Shown here one piece after another: positions 49,122 to 59,953 of a DNA stretch of 64,000 nucleotides. Source of the stretch: Candidatus Parcubacteria bacterium. Its GTDB lineage: Bacteria > Patescibacteriota > Minisyncoccia > Phycocordibacterales > UBA918. Both the position numbers and the translations under genes were made by a program. The first letter of the stretch is position 1; every line of letters begins with the position of its first letter. Below the pieces are notes generated by a model. The model was not told the origin of the DNA, did no database searches, and saw only the letters and a list, made by a program, of their open reading frames with translations. The stretch covers positions 102,343 to 166,342 of the forward strand of contig JAKFXN010000001.1 in NCBI GenBank assembly GCA_021731405.1. The letters run 5' to 3'.

Positions 49122-49919
49122 CTATTGACACGCTTGTAATTCAAGGAGGTTACGGAACAAAAGTGCCACCGTAATTGGCCCAATACCGCCAGGGACAGGA
49201 GTAAAAAGAGCTGCTTTAGTAGCCACATCAAGATGCGCATCTCCGACCAAGAGTCCTCCATCTTCAGACGCACCCGCATCAAATACAACCACCCCTTCCT
49301 TTACCATATCAGGTAACAATAGGTTTGGTTTGCCGACACCTAAAATAATAATGTCTGCCTCTGCTACCAACGCGGCAGTATTGGTACTTTCTGCAGTAAC
49401 CACACGCACCTCTCCCCCCATCTTCTTGGCATAAACCTCCGCTGGAGCTCCAACTAATTTTCCCGAACCAAAAATAACCACTTTTTTATCTTTCCAAACT
49501 ACATTATGTCGCTTGGTAATTTCATTAATAGCACCAACTACTGGTGGTAAAATTTCCAAATCTTCCTGCTGATATCTAAAAGCATCTACATCGTGTGAAC
49601 TAGGAAGACTCGAGAGTACGGCAGCAGTATCAATATGGGCCGGTAACGGCAACTGTACAACCACCCCTTGTGCGCTTCGGACTGCCCGCTCTACAGCTGC
49701 TATCACATCAGCTGTCGTTGACCCGTCAGGCAATATCTCAATAAGGAGATCTATTCCTAAGGCACTTCCTTTGGCTTTTTTGAGGGCAAGATATTTCTGC
49801 GTCTCAAAATTTGGACTACAGGCAATGATGGCCATTATTGGCGGCACAGGAAGACCATCAACCACATGGGCTGTATCTTTATAGATGTCTGTTGCTATTG
49901 CCTTTCCATCAACAATCAT
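49122..49919 (-). CDS. folD: Bifunctional 5,10-methylene-THF dehydrogenase/cyclohydrolase FolD
   Basis: VVVQLPLPAHID...KKVVIFGSGKLVGAPAE...ILGVGKPNLL...TPVPGGIGPITVALL. Confidence 0.85.
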   Translation of the reverse strand: MIVDGKAIATDIYKDTAHVVDGLPVPPIMAIIACSPNFETQKYLALKKAKGSALGIDLLIEILPDGSTTADVIAAVERAVRSAQGVVVQLPLPAHIDTAAVLSSLPSSHDVDAFRYQQEDLEILPPVVGAINEITKRHNVVWKDKKVVIFGSGKLVGAPAEVYAKKMGGEVRVVTAESTNTAALVAEADIIILGVGKPNLLLPDMVKEGVVVFDAGASEDGGLLVGDAHLDVATKAALFTPVPGGIGPITVALLFRNLLELQACQ

Positions 49920-49956
49920 GTGCGGCAGTATAGCAGAAAATGCCTTTCAAAGCAGG

Positions 49957-50865
49957 TCAATTAAAACCAAATTCTTTTTTCAAATCTGCTATCCCTTTAG
50001 CCAACTGCACCTTCGGCTCCCAACCAAGTAGCGCTTTTGTCTCTGAAATATCTGCCAGTGTATGCTTTGGTTCTAGTCTGGCTGCTACATACTCAATTGT
50101 TCCTCCTATCATCATAGCTAAAGTATTAATACTTGTTTCAATGCCAGAACCAACATTGAGCACTTCCCCTTTACCGACCGTCTCACTATGACTGGCGGCA
50201 ATAATAGCTGAGGCTACGTCTGACACATGCACAAAGTCTCTTGTCTGTTCCCCGTCTCCAGTAACGGTAAGTGGTTGTCGTTCTTTTACTAACTTGAGGA
50301 AGCGACCAATCACCAGCGCATACGGACCTTCGGGATCAAAGTGTGGGCCGTACACATTAAAAAAACGCAGTGAGACGGTCTCCAGAGCAAATAACTCACT
50401 CCATAAACGCATGTACTCTTCGCCAATGTATTTGTGTAAGGCATACGGACTCTTAGGTGCAACTGGTAAATGAGTAGAAAGTGGTAACGTCTCTTGGTCA
50501 CCATAAGCTGCACTTGAGGCGGCGAATACTATGCGCTTTACCTGAGCACTCTTGGCAGCCTCAAGGACAGAGAGGGTGCCGTTTACATTCACATCATGGA
50601 CAATTACCGGCTCATCAATTGAAAACTGGACACGTGGTAAAGCGGCTAAGTGGACAATAACATCCACTCCTTTGCATATTTCAACAAGCGCGCTCGTGTC
50701 ACGAATATCTTGCTCATAAAAATCAACTTCTGCTGGTAAACGCTCTATATTCCCCGCGCATAAGTCGTCTACTACTTTCACTTTGTGTCCTTGCTCCAAA
50801 AGAGCTAAGACGAGGTTGGTTCCAATAAAACCAGCGCCGCCTGTTACGAGAAATGTTTTTTGCAT
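49957..50865 (-). CDS. NAD-dependent epimerase/dehydratase (GalE/WbpP-like UDP-sugar 4-epimerase)
   Basis: MQKTFLVTGGAGFIGTNLVLALLEQGHKVKVVDDL. Confidence 0.8.
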   Translation of the reverse strand: MQKTFLVTGGAGFIGTNLVLALLEQGHKVKVVDDLCAGNIERLPAEVDFYEQDIRDTSALVEICKGVDVIVHLAALPRVQFSIDEPVIVHDVNVNGTLSVLEAAKSAQVKRIVFAASSAAYGDQETLPLSTHLPVAPKSPYALHKYIGEEYMRLWSELFALETVSLRFFNVYGPHFDPEGPYALVIGRFLKLVKERQPLTVTGDGEQTRDFVHVSDVASAIIAASHSETVGKGEVLNVGSGIETSINTLAMMIGGTIEYVAARLEPKHTLADISETKALLGWEPKVQLAKGIADLKKEFGFN

Positions 50866-50908
50866 ATAGTAAGTATAACTGCACAAAGAGTGCCTCGGTT
50901 GCAACAGA

Positions 50909-52261
50909 CTACGTGCCCGTTCGCATCACAATGGTTGCAATCGTCTTCAGAGCGATTTGTATATCCAAAAAAAGAGAACGTCGCTCTAGGTAGAATAAAT
51001 CGTACGAAATCTTCACCTTAGTACGCTCCACATCTACTCCACCACGAGGTACGTCAAAGTTATTTATCTGCGCCCAACCAGACAGTCCTGGCTTCATAAA
51101 GTGACGGGCATTGTAATACGGGACAAGCTTTGCATACACTTCCACCAAAGCGGGCATCTCCGGGCGCGGCCCGATGAATGACAGATCTCCTTTCAATACG
51201 TTGATGAGTTGTGGCAATTCATCAATCCGTGTCTTTCGCAGAAAGGCCCCCACCCTTGTATCAACCAGCGTACTTTTGAGCGCTTCCGCACCCACATCAC
51301 TACCGTTTTTAGTTCGAAACTTATAAATAGTTATGAGTGCGTTAAATTGACCTATTCGAGTAGTGGTATACAAAAGCGGTCCACGATCTTCCATTTTTAT
51401 CAGGAGTGCCACGATTGGAAAAATAAGTGCTGCAGGAACGAGCAAGACGAGCGCACCAATTATATCGATGCCTCGTTTAACAAAATCATAGACGTCAGTT
51501 TTTGATTGAGAAATATTTGATAGAAACCAATCATACTGAATTGAGTCCAATGGCACTCTATCAAACGTATCTTCATACACTTTATAGAAATCTAAGAACG
51601 TTGTTTTGAAACGCAAAAATGCCAAATCAAATATTCTTGGTAGCGCCTTGATGACGTACTTACTTCCTGGATTTGCGACTACTATATCTACGCGCTCTTT
51701 CTCAATTAGCTGGAGGAGTTTTTCTTCAAAGTTTTCTGTTTTCTCTGCCGTGGCCTCATCAATAATTCTGATGAAAGTGTAGCTGTAGCGATCGTTATTG
51801 TTGGTCTCATCCACAAGCTCAATTGCCTCTCTGCCGTCTGCGAGCAGAATAGCGCGGTGTTGAGTCTTTGGTTCAATGTGTCGATAGAGCTTAAGGCGCC
51901 ACAGAGTAAGAAGAGCAATGCTAAGTACTAGATAAATAACCAAGTTGGTTTTTGGTGCAATACCAAACGGAATCACCATGAAGAGCAACACAGCAATAAT
52001 ACTGTTAACTATTTGCGTTTTCATAATCCGACTGATCAGTAAAGACTTGAGAAACACTGTCTGTTTATCATACAAACCAGCAATGTAAAAAATAAAGAGA
52101 CCTGAAGTAGACAGAATGAGGAATGGTCCAAGGTGTTCCATAAAGAGCTCAAGGCTAGGAATAGCTAGGTATCTAAGGAGTAGCGTCAGCCAAAGTGAGA
52201 GTATGAACACACTCACGTCGCCAAGTATCAAGACTGTAAGTTCTCGTGTTCTTTCACCCAT
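50909..52261 (-). CDS. Polyprenyl-phosphate sugar phosphotransferase (WbaP/CpsE-type initiating transferase)
   Basis: N-terminal TMs; C-terminal bacterial sugar-transferase domain ...RIDELPQLINVLKGDLSFIGPRPEMP. Confidence 0.85.
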   Translation of the reverse strand: MGERTRELTVLILGDVSVFILSLWLTLLLRYLAIPSLELFMEHLGPFLILSTSGLFIFYIAGLYDKQTVFLKSLLISRIMKTQIVNSIIAVLLFMVIPFGIAPKTNLVIYLVLSIALLTLWRLKLYRHIEPKTQHRAILLADGREAIELVDETNNNDRYSYTFIRIIDEATAEKTENFEEKLLQLIEKERVDIVVANPGSKYVIKALPRIFDLAFLRFKTTFLDFYKVYEDTFDRVPLDSIQYDWFLSNISQSKTDVYDFVKRGIDIIGALVLLVPAALIFPIVALLIKMEDRGPLLYTTTRIGQFNALITIYKFRTKNGSDVGAEALKSTLVDTRVGAFLRKTRIDELPQLINVLKGDLSFIGPRPEMPALVEVYAKLVPYYNARHFMKPGLSGWAQINNFDVPRGGVDVERTKVKISYDLFYLERRSLFLDIQIALKTIATIVMRTGT

Positions 52262-52357
52262 ATTATAGTAGTTGTCGCTTATATCGTACCGAAGTCCTAG
52301 AAAATGGCAAGGAGTACGACTTTGGCGACAAAGGGCTAAATAAGCTATGCTAGAGAT

Positions 52358-53506
52358 ATGGAAACACCGATATCTGCCAAAAAAGTCCTCTACGTCATCA
52401 CAAAATCAAACTTCGGGGGAGCACAGCGTTATGTCTATGAGCTTGCAACCGCCCTTCACCAAGACGGGCAATCCGTCGCAGTAGCTTCGGGAGGCACCGG
52501 TGAACTAACAGAAAGACTGAAGGTAGCTGGGGTACCTACCTACAATGTAGCTGGGTTGGGGCGCGACATTAAGGCGATAGCTGATATTAAGGCCTTTTTC
52601 TCTCTTATCTCTATCATGCGGTCATTTAGACCTGATGTAGTACACCTCAACAGCGGTAAGGCAGGGGCGCTCGGCGCTCTTGCTGCTCGTCTGGTAGGTA
52701 TCCAAAAAATTGTCTTCACTGCGCACGGTTGGTCATTTTTGGAACCGCGAACTCGCTTATGGAAAACACTTACTTGGCTTGGATCATACCTAACCGCTCT
52801 CTGCGCACACCAAGTTATTCTTGTGAGTGACAATGACTATGCGCAGATGCATATGCTTGGAGTACAGAAAAAAGCTAGTGTCATACATACCGCAGTAAGC
52901 GACTATCCTCGCCGCACCCGCGAAGAAGCACGTTTGGCACTCTACAGCGAGGAGGAGGTCGCTGCTCACCTGCACGATCTTTGGCTCGTAACCAATGCCG
53001 AAATAAACCACAACAAAAACCACACGACCGCTATCGACGCAGTGGCTGAATTCAACAGCACTCATTCCACAAAAGTTTTTTATACCATAATCGGCGACGG
53101 TGATTCACTCTCGAACCTAAAAGAGCAAGCGGACTTGCGCGGACAAAACGAATACATTCATTTTAAGGGCTACCGTGCAGATGCTCGGCAGTACCTTTTG
53201 GCATTTGATATCTTTCTTCTCCCTTCAAAAAAAGAGGGGCTACCCTATGCTGTTCTTGAAGCAGGGTTAGCTGGGCTACCAGTTGTAGCGAGTAATGTTG
53301 GCGGTATTCCCGAAGTAATTCAAGATCGCGTATCTGGCTTCCTCATACATCCCGACAATCACGTCAGTATCACAGACGCAATTGATTATCTTCTCAATAA
53401 TCCGGACGAGAGAAATATGTTTGCGGTAAACTTAAAAGAAAAAATTGAGGCGGACTTTACCCTAAGCCAAATGATTCAGAAGACCAAAAAAGTTTACGCG
53501 CGATAG
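52358..53506 (+). CDS. GT4 (group 1) glycosyltransferase
   Basis: KVLYVITKSNFGGAQRYVYELA...KKEGLPYAVLEAGLAGLPVVASNVGGIPEVI. Confidence 0.8.
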   Translation: METPISAKKVLYVITKSNFGGAQRYVYELATALHQDGQSVAVASGGTGELTERLKVAGVPTYNVAGLGRDIKAIADIKAFFSLISIMRSFRPDVVHLNSGKAGALGALAARLVGIQKIVFTAHGWSFLEPRTRLWKTLTWLGSYLTALCAHQVILVSDNDYAQMHMLGVQKKASVIHTAVSDYPRRTREEARLALYSEEEVAAHLHDLWLVTNAEINHNKNHTTAIDAVAEFNSTHSTKVFYTIIGDGDSLSNLKEQADLRGQNEYIHFKGYRADARQYLLAFDIFLLPSKKEGLPYAVLEAGLAGLPVVASNVGGIPEVIQDRVSGFLIHPDNHVSITDAIDYLLNNPDERNMFAVNLKEKIEADFTLSQMIQKTKKVYAR

Positions 53507-54627
53507 TCAGCAAATAATGTTTCGCTCATGTCGGATTTAATTGGTGTATAGCGACGCATCGCCAAGACCATCCCCACTGCCACAAACTCCGTCACCAAGT
53601 GTGAGCCGCCATAACTTAAAAATGGAATGGTAGTTCCTGTTACTGGCAAAAGCCCAATGTTGATACCAATATGAATAAAAAAGTGAGCGAGCAAAAAGAT
53701 AGCGACTCCGAGCGCAAATAGTTTTTCAAAATTACTCGCTCCAGCAGCAGCGTGCTTGAGGATGCGCCAAATGAGAATACTGAAGAGCGAAAAAAGTATT
53801 AGCACCCCAACCAACCCCCACTCCTCAGCGAAAGCGGCAAAAATAAAGTCTGTCTCATACTCTGGCAGAAACAGTAGTTTAGACTGTGTGCCGTACCCAA
53901 TTCCCTTTCCAAACAATTCGCCTGAACCTACCGCAACGGTGGATTGGTACGCATTGTAACCAGATCCACTAATGTCTGAAAGTGGATCCAAAAAAGTCAT
54001 GATGCGCTCCTTTTGGTAGTCATAAAATGCAAACTGCCAGAGACCACCAAGAGCGATAGAGCCTATCAAGAAGACGACTGCCACATGCCGAAATCGAATA
54101 CCTGCTACCAACACCATCCCAAACCAGATAAAAAACAAAATCATTGCCGAACCAAAGTCGGGCTGCAAAAACACCAGCGTAAATATAATCAAAGTGTAAA
54201 TACCAGAAACAAGCACATGCTTAAAGTCTCCAATCATTTCATGGCGCTTGGCAAAGTATTTTGCTAAAAGTGCAATGAGCACCAACTTGGCAGGGTCAGA
54301 TACCTGAAGCGAGAAAAAACCGAGGTCAAAACGTTGTCTTGCACCCATCACATCCTCTCCAAAAAATGCTACCCCAAGAAGCAGTACTATAATCCCGAGG
54401 AACATATAAAAAGTTGTGTTGCCAGCACGAAGAAAACGATAGTCAGGAATAAGAGCCAAGAAAAAGAGTCCAGTTGAGAAAATAATCCAAATCAGTTGTC
54501 GGTTAAAATAAGAATTTTCACCGACATGCGAATACATGGTCGCCAAACCAAAAAGTGACAGACTGAGCATTGCAAAAAAGAGAATGCTATCAAACCCAGA
54601 AAAAAGCGTCTGCAAAAACCGCTGCAT
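53494..54627 (-). CDS. SEDS-family peptidoglycan glycosyltransferase (FtsW/RodA)
   Basis: 10-TM; GSGYNAYQSTVAVGSGELFGKGIGYGTQSKLLFLPEYETDFIFAAFAEEWG. Confidence 0.85.
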   Translation of the reverse strand: MQRFLQTLFSGFDSILFFAMLSLSLFGLATMYSHVGENSYFNRQLIWIIFSTGLFFLALIPDYRFLRAGNTTFYMFLGIIVLLLGVAFFGEDVMGARQRFDLGFFSLQVSDPAKLVLIALLAKYFAKRHEMIGDFKHVLVSGIYTLIIFTLVFLQPDFGSAMILFFIWFGMVLVAGIRFRHVAVVFLIGSIALGGLWQFAFYDYQKERIMTFLDPLSDISGSGYNAYQSTVAVGSGELFGKGIGYGTQSKLLFLPEYETDFIFAAFAEEWGLVGVLILFSLFSILIWRILKHAAAGASNFEKLFALGVAIFLLAHFFIHIGINIGLLPVTGTTIPFLSYGGSHLVTEFVAVGMVLAMRRYTPIKSDMSETLFADYRA

Positions 54628-54670
54628 CCCTACAGCATATACAAACTAGTCTAAAGGTGCAAAACACAGC

Positions 54671-54699
54671 AAAAAACCACACCGTAGTGTGGTTTTTTT
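54671..54699. terminator. Hairpin terminator aaaaaaccacac-cgta-gtgtggttttttt
   Basis: Downstream of the six-gene secreted-protein operon (minus strand), A/T tracts on both sides. Confidence 0.55.
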
Positions 54700-54720
54700 G
54701 TGTTTATGGTCAGAATTTTG

Positions 54721-56085
54721 TTAAATTTCCTGAACGGTTGGAATAACGTTAATACGAACCTCGTCACTTCCAGCAACTAATGGATTAAGTGATGAAATAC
54801 ATGACACACTAACTACCTGGGTAGATGTTAATGCTCTGGTTGTACGAGGGTACGGCACTGTTGTTACGCTCGCTACGTGACTGAACGTTTGCGGAGCTCC
54901 ACCATCTCGAACTGTACACGTAAGGTCAAAGTTTGAATTTACCGAAATCTCAAAATCAAGAGTCGAACCACTTCGAATTAAGTTAGTGTTAGATTCAATA
55001 TCAACGATTGGCAAAAATGCGCAATGAGAAGCAGTTGGTAGCCAGACTGTACCTGCTTGGCAAGTAACATTAGCTGTGGCTGAGTCTATAAACGAACCTC
55101 CAGTATCTCTTAGTGTGAAGGAACGGTCATCTGGATCTACCGTTCGTGTCTGAGGACCTGACTGACTACTACTGAAGACTGTTGCTCCCTGCTGAATTGA
55201 TGGCGTGCCCGTAAAGTCGTACGCATCCCAATCTACACTCACATTACAATCAGTCCCTTCGGTGGTCCCTACTGGGATGATCGTACAAGTCCCTGCTGAT
55301 ATAAACCCTGAAGGACTCGTGACGGTGACTGGTGTCGCCGCCGTTGTTCCGCCCGGACCAGTGCAACTCAGGTTGTAGGTAGTAGTAACTACTGGTGACA
55401 CTGTTTCGTTATCTCCACCACTATTCTTACTACCATTCCAGCCACCAGAAGCGGTACAGCTTGTAGCTCCTGTAACAGTCCAAGTGAGGGTGGACGAATC
55501 GCCCGGATCTATAGTACCTGGTGAAGCCGTCAAAGAAACAGTCGGAGCAGGACAAGCCGCTGCGGTCGCGCCTGAAACAATCGCTGAATTAGCTGATTGG
55601 ACTCCAGAGCCGTTACTAGACCGTACGTAATAATTATAGGTCGTACCAACAGCTCCTGTATGCGTAAAGTCTGAGCCTATTGAGTTACCAAGCCACGTAT
55701 TATCACTTAGATAAACACTATAACTTGCTGCTCCCGCACTATCAGCCCAATCAAGATAGTTTTGACCTGTACTACATGCCTGTGGAACGACAGTGAGGCC
55801 GGTAGGGGCAGGATCGAGAGGAGGACAATTCTTAGTCCCTGAAATAGCCACCCCATTTACTGTAAGAGACCAAGTATAACTGAGCGGCGAACCCCCGTCG
55901 CAGGTTGGATTCATGGTGTGTGTATCGACACTGTTTGTATACACTAAATCTGTCTGACTAGTAAACGTGTGTACATAGGTGGCAGCCTGCACATAACTAA
56001 CCAGCGAGACACCGAGAGCGAGCAGTCCAAACGCGAATATAGTTAGTCTTAGAGAGTTTTTTTTCATATTACTTAAAGAAGACAA
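54721..56085 (-). CDS. Secreted protein with FN3-like domain and a conserved C-terminal domain (operon gene 6)
   Basis: Signal peptide; PTGLTVVPQ...LDWADSAGAASYSVYLS...GTTYNYYVRSSNGSG (FN3-like); C-terminus ...YPRTTRALTSTQVVSVSC...VRINVIPTVQEI shared with gene 59954-61345. Confidence 0.5.
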   Translation of the reverse strand: MSSLSNMKKNSLRLTIFAFGLLALGVSLVSYVQAATYVHTFTSQTDLVYTNSVDTHTMNPTCDGGSPLSYTWSLTVNGVAISGTKNCPPLDPAPTGLTVVPQACSTGQNYLDWADSAGAASYSVYLSDNTWLGNSIGSDFTHTGAVGTTYNYYVRSSNGSGVQSANSAIVSGATAAACPAPTVSLTASPGTIDPGDSSTLTWTVTGATSCTASGGWNGSKNSGGDNETVSPVVTTTYNLSCTGPGGTTAATPVTVTSPSGFISAGTCTIIPVGTTEGTDCNVSVDWDAYDFTGTPSIQQGATVFSSSQSGPQTRTVDPDDRSFTLRDTGGSFIDSATANVTCQAGTVWLPTASHCAFLPIVDIESNTNLIRSGSTLDFEISVNSNFDLTCTVRDGGAPQTFSHVASVTTVPYPRTTRALTSTQVVSVSCISSLNPLVAGSDEVRINVIPTVQEI

Positions 56086-57040
56086 ACATGTCTGAATTTA
56101 TGAGGAACTCGCCCGTCTCTTTCACCGTAAATCCTTCTACTTCCTCAACCACTGGGAAGACGAAGTCTCCGGTAGTGGTTACTGCAGCATCACTTGGATA
56201 AACCGCGAAGTACTGGCGGACAATTTTATCTGGGGTTGGATTTACGCTCAAGGTTGAAGTGTCTGCAATACTGTCTGCTTCAAGTACCGTGAGGTAGTAG
56301 TATGCGCTGTCTTTTGCTGCTTCTATTTCTGGAATGAGGTACCCGAGTGAGTTTTCCTTTTCAGTTGGTGAGAAGCCAAGGCGAGTCAAGAAGTCTGAGT
56401 CTTGCAAGTAAGCAATCACTTCCGCTTTAGATTCAAAGTTTCGGCCATTACGAGTTAGAGATATTTTATTAAGAGCCAACTCATAGAACACGTGGTCTAC
56501 TTTCGTACCATCAAGAGACAGCGCTGAGTCTTTCACAGTTAAGTCCCAGCCATTGTCTTGGTTGAAAGCTGGTAGTGGTGCATATGAATTTAGCTGTGAA
56601 TCAATAGTTACATCAATCTCTCCTTCTGGGGCATTGTAGAAATAAATGAATGGTGAAGGTACGTCAAACCAAGCTTGAACGATATATGTTTGCACAGTAT
56701 TAGCTGCAACGTTACCAACCAATGTAAACGCCCCACTCTGAGTGGCTGAATAATTATTTCTAGTACAGGTATACCCATTCCAGCCCCCGCACTGTCCTGA
56801 ACCAACGAACTTGGTGCAGGTATAGCCTGATTGAGCATACGGGCAAGTAGCTGTTACATAGTCTGGAGCAGGATAATAATAAGTCCTTCTATCCCAGTAA
56901 CTACCCCAATAACCAGGAGGCGCAGTACAGTAGCTATTATTCCAAGTAGGGACCACGTTCATACAAGCCGCCTCAGCCTGAGGAACAGGTGTCAGATTCA
57001 GAAAGAAGACTGCGAGGACAAGAAGTTTTAAAATTTTCAT
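56069..57040 (-). CDS. Secreted hypothetical protein (operon gene 5)
   Basis: Signal peptide ending QAEA; Cys/Tyr/Gly-rich N-terminal region; ATGA overlap with upstream gene. Confidence 0.4.
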   Translation of the reverse strand: MKILKLLVLAVFFLNLTPVPQAEAACMNVVPTWNNSYCTAPPGYWGSYWDRRTYYYPAPDYVTATCPYAQSGYTCTKFVGSGQCGGWNGYTCTRNNYSATQSGAFTLVGNVAANTVQTYIVQAWFDVPSPFIYFYNAPEGEIDVTIDSQLNSYAPLPAFNQDNGWDLTVKDSALSLDGTKVDHVFYELALNKISLTRNGRNFESKAEVIAYLQDSDFLTRLGFSPTEKENSLGYLIPEIEAAKDSAYYYLTVLEADSIADTSTLSVNPTPDKIVRQYFAVYPSDAAVTTTGDFVFPVVEEVEGFTVKETGEFLINSDMFVFFK

Positions 57041-58368
57041 ATAGCAGTTGTGTGACTTAAAGCATATCTTCGTCTTAAGGTATACAGTATACCAATAATA
57101 CCTAACACTGATAAAAGAATGATTATTGTAAGTAAGATTTTTTGATTTGCAGTATTTTTTTCTACCGGCGGTGGAACTATCTCTACTTCTGAGGCTGTTA
57201 GTTCCGCTAATGTTTCACCAGCTGCCAACTTAGCCATTGTGCCATCTCCATCCTGAAGGAGTGCAATCAGTTTATCAACCTCTGGATTTGATTCTCTGTT
57301 TTCATCAAAATAATATGTATCGAGTTCACTCGTACTACCGAATAGTAAGCTCGTGAACTGTTTTTCATCCTCACTAATTGATTCTTTCGTGACGAGCTCT
57401 TTGTAGGCAGCATACTTCATCGCCCCACGCACTGATAGCAGCGCTGCAAATTCAGGAAATTGAGATTCTATGGCTTGATAGTAAGAGGCCAAACGATACG
57501 AAAAATTAATGCCAAATGTGGGTGGAGGGAGTAACTCAGGTGGTAACTCTATTTTAGTATCGTCACCCGTAGTGGTGTAGGTGGCTTCTGGAAAACCAGT
57601 CTCTGGTAGTGTATACGATACTGATTTTCCATTGAAGAACTCAAGTGTATCCAGACTCTCAAGTTTATTAGCTGGGTAAGCATCTATCACGTCAAAGCGA
57701 TTAAAGTAGGTATTTTGTGTACTCATCGGATACACAATCATGCGCTTCCAAGTAACAAAGTGGTTGTCCTCAAAATCAAAACCTGGAGCCTGGTTGTACC
57801 ACGCCTTGTAGCTACCATCTGCAGCGGTTTTTACAATCGAAATAGAATTGCCGTCATAGGCATACCTATCTTGGGTCACGTTCATCGGTGTATTTGATTC
57901 GATGTGAAGAAATACACAGTTAAGAAAACGTTCTTGGCCTTGCGCGTCGGTCACGTACTCTTCAGCGAGCACATATTCTTTGACTGGATCACCCCAAGTA
58001 TCGGATTTTGTTGAAATAGGCAAAACTGATTTGGGTGGATGAGTATAGCCAGTTTGTTCTCCAAAACTATAGAGGCGAATTCCTAGGACAGGCTGGTCAA
58101 TAGTAAGGTCAAATGACGTAAGCATTTTTTTCTTTTCGCCAAAAAGTGGCTCTATATCACTATATGACTGCTCCCCCAACAGAGAGAGAGGAGCCTCAAA
58201 CAGACCTGTTTCAGCTAAGTTTTCTTTTAACGAAAGAAAGCACTGCTCTTCAGAAGAAACATTTTCTCCAGACTGGGCCTTGGTTGAGAGAGGTGAAAAA
58301 ACCAATGTCAGTAGCAGAAGAAGCAAGGTCACGATACGAAAACTCCTAAAGTAATTAAATAAAATCAT
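57037..58368 (-). CDS. Secreted, C-terminally anchored hypothetical protein (operon gene 4)
   Basis: N-terminal signal, C-terminal TM ILLTIIILLSVLGIIGILY then RRRY. Confidence 0.4.
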   Translation of the reverse strand: MILFNYFRSFRIVTLLLLLLTLVFSPLSTKAQSGENVSSEEQCFLSLKENLAETGLFEAPLSLLGEQSYSDIEPLFGEKKKMLTSFDLTIDQPVLGIRLYSFGEQTGYTHPPKSVLPISTKSDTWGDPVKEYVLAEEYVTDAQGQERFLNCVFLHIESNTPMNVTQDRYAYDGNSISIVKTAADGSYKAWYNQAPGFDFEDNHFVTWKRMIVYPMSTQNTYFNRFDVIDAYPANKLESLDTLEFFNGKSVSYTLPETGFPEATYTTTGDDTKIELPPELLPPPTFGINFSYRLASYYQAIESQFPEFAALLSVRGAMKYAAYKELVTKESISEDEKQFTSLLFGSTSELDTYYFDENRESNPEVDKLIALLQDGDGTMAKLAAGETLAELTASEVEIVPPPVEKNTANQKILLTIIILLSVLGIIGILYTLRRRYALSHTTAI

Positions 58369-58492
58369 ATGTAATATTAAATGTAATACTCCAATTATTA
58401 CATTTTTATAGATAATAAAACCACTCCGTAACTAACAGTGTGTATATAAATCAAAAATCATTTACAGAAAACTATTCTGCAAGACACACCGA

Positions 58493-59929
58493 CTACTCTA
58501 GCGGTGCAAAATTAGTGCTTGTTTTGGTGATTACTTCAATTCTAGTTGGTCCTTCTTCACATAAATCATTGGCAATTTCCTGATACACCGCTTCAAGCTC
58601 AGCGATAGTTGGGGCAGCAAAATACTGCGTTGGTTCTGAGGCTAGATCTCGTATAAGGTCAACATCCCGATCGACTGAGTCTTGGTCTCCACTAAAGAAG
58701 TCTCCAAACCCAATTGTATAGATAGTCACGTTTTCAGCTTTAGCGGCATTTGCTGCTGTTCTCGCAAAGTTTGCGGCATACTCACGGTCTGGTTCTCCAG
58801 TGGCAGGGTTAAGCGGTCGTGTCACATCTCCGTCAGTCAAAAATACCAGTACCTTTCTTGCCTCTTCACGGTGACGTACACTTGTCAGTTCACTTAAAGC
58901 AGCTGTAAACGCTTCGCCCATATTGGTGTACTGAACACCATCCTCACCCATCGCTGTCGCTTGAATAGCCTGCTCTACAAGTGCTAGGTTTGGCGTGAGT
59001 GATTGCTCAAGGGGCGAACTCGGAGCTGTCGCGTAAGACAAGAAGCCGACCAAGTCTGAAGGGCGGACCAGCCGTATAAATGACTTGGCTGCCTGCTTAG
59101 CGCTCTCGAGCGGCTCAGGCGGAGTACCACCATCTGCAGCCATTGAGCCGGAGCGGTCCAAGACCAGCATGATGTCAGACGGCACTTCACAACTTCGCAC
59201 TGTTTTGGCGATTGAGTTTGGCCAAGTAAACACAATGTCCGCAGTACTTCTTGGTGCAAAGTTATCAATAAATGTTTGTGAGGCTGTCACCGGTTCCCCC
59301 GCTCGATTAAAAATAGTTGCTACCACCTCCACGTTTCTAGCCTCAGTTAGTTCAGTGTTTTCAATCTCCACATTAAGACGCGGACGAGTGTCGGTTGTAA
59401 GGAGCTCGACATCAACGGTACGGAATTGGTTTCGACCAACAGTAGCTGGTAACCACATATCACTTGGTTTAATCTCTATCTCAGTCTTGGTTGGAATCTT
59501 CCCTGAGGCAGTCAAGATTCTCCCTTCAAAGATTGGGTAAACACTGTTTGGCGGTAAAATAGTTGTGCCTTTACGCTCCGCCAATATCTCAGCGCCATCA
59601 TAGAGTTTAAATGTGTACTCCAGTACTGGAGTAGCAGCAACGGTGTTTTTGTTCTCTACGTACGCTACTGCATTGTATTGTCCATCAGTAATTCTAAAAC
59701 TTTCTGCCCAAACGATTTGGGGTGGGGTCACGGTGAAGGCACAAATACGCGTACAAGCCCCTCCGCAATCGACACCCCCCTCTGCACCATTTTGCATACT
59801 ATCAAAACAGGTTGAAGGAGCGTAGATGCTCGTAAAATAAAAAATAACGCCACACACACTCAAGAAGGCAGCTGAGCCAGCCGCGTACTGCAGTCTTCGC
59901 CAAAATGCCCAAGGTCTAAAGCTACTCAT
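58493..59929 (-). CDS. Membrane-anchored von Willebrand factor A (VWA) domain protein (operon gene 3)
   Basis: N-terminal TM; MLVLDRSGSMAADGG (MIDAS DxSxS), FLTDGDVT; TadG/BatB-like architecture. Confidence 0.7.
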   Translation of the reverse strand: MSSFRPWAFWRRLQYAAGSAAFLSVCGVIFYFTSIYAPSTCFDSMQNGAEGGVDCGGACTRICAFTVTPPQIVWAESFRITDGQYNAVAYVENKNTVAATPVLEYTFKLYDGAEILAERKGTTILPPNSVYPIFEGRILTASGKIPTKTEIEIKPSDMWLPATVGRNQFRTVDVELLTTDTRPRLNVEIENTELTEARNVEVVATIFNRAGEPVTASQTFIDNFAPRSTADIVFTWPNSIAKTVRSCEVPSDIMLVLDRSGSMAADGGTPPEPLESAKQAAKSFIRLVRPSDLVGFLSYATAPSSPLEQSLTPNLALVEQAIQATAMGEDGVQYTNMGEAFTAALSELTSVRHREEARKVLVFLTDGDVTRPLNPATGEPDREYAANFARTAANAAKAENVTIYTIGFGDFFSGDQDSVDRDVDLIRDLASEPTQYFAAPTIAELEAVYQEIANDLCEEGPTRIEVITKTSTNFAPLE

Positions 59930-59953
59930 GTACTGTAGTATACCAGACGAATT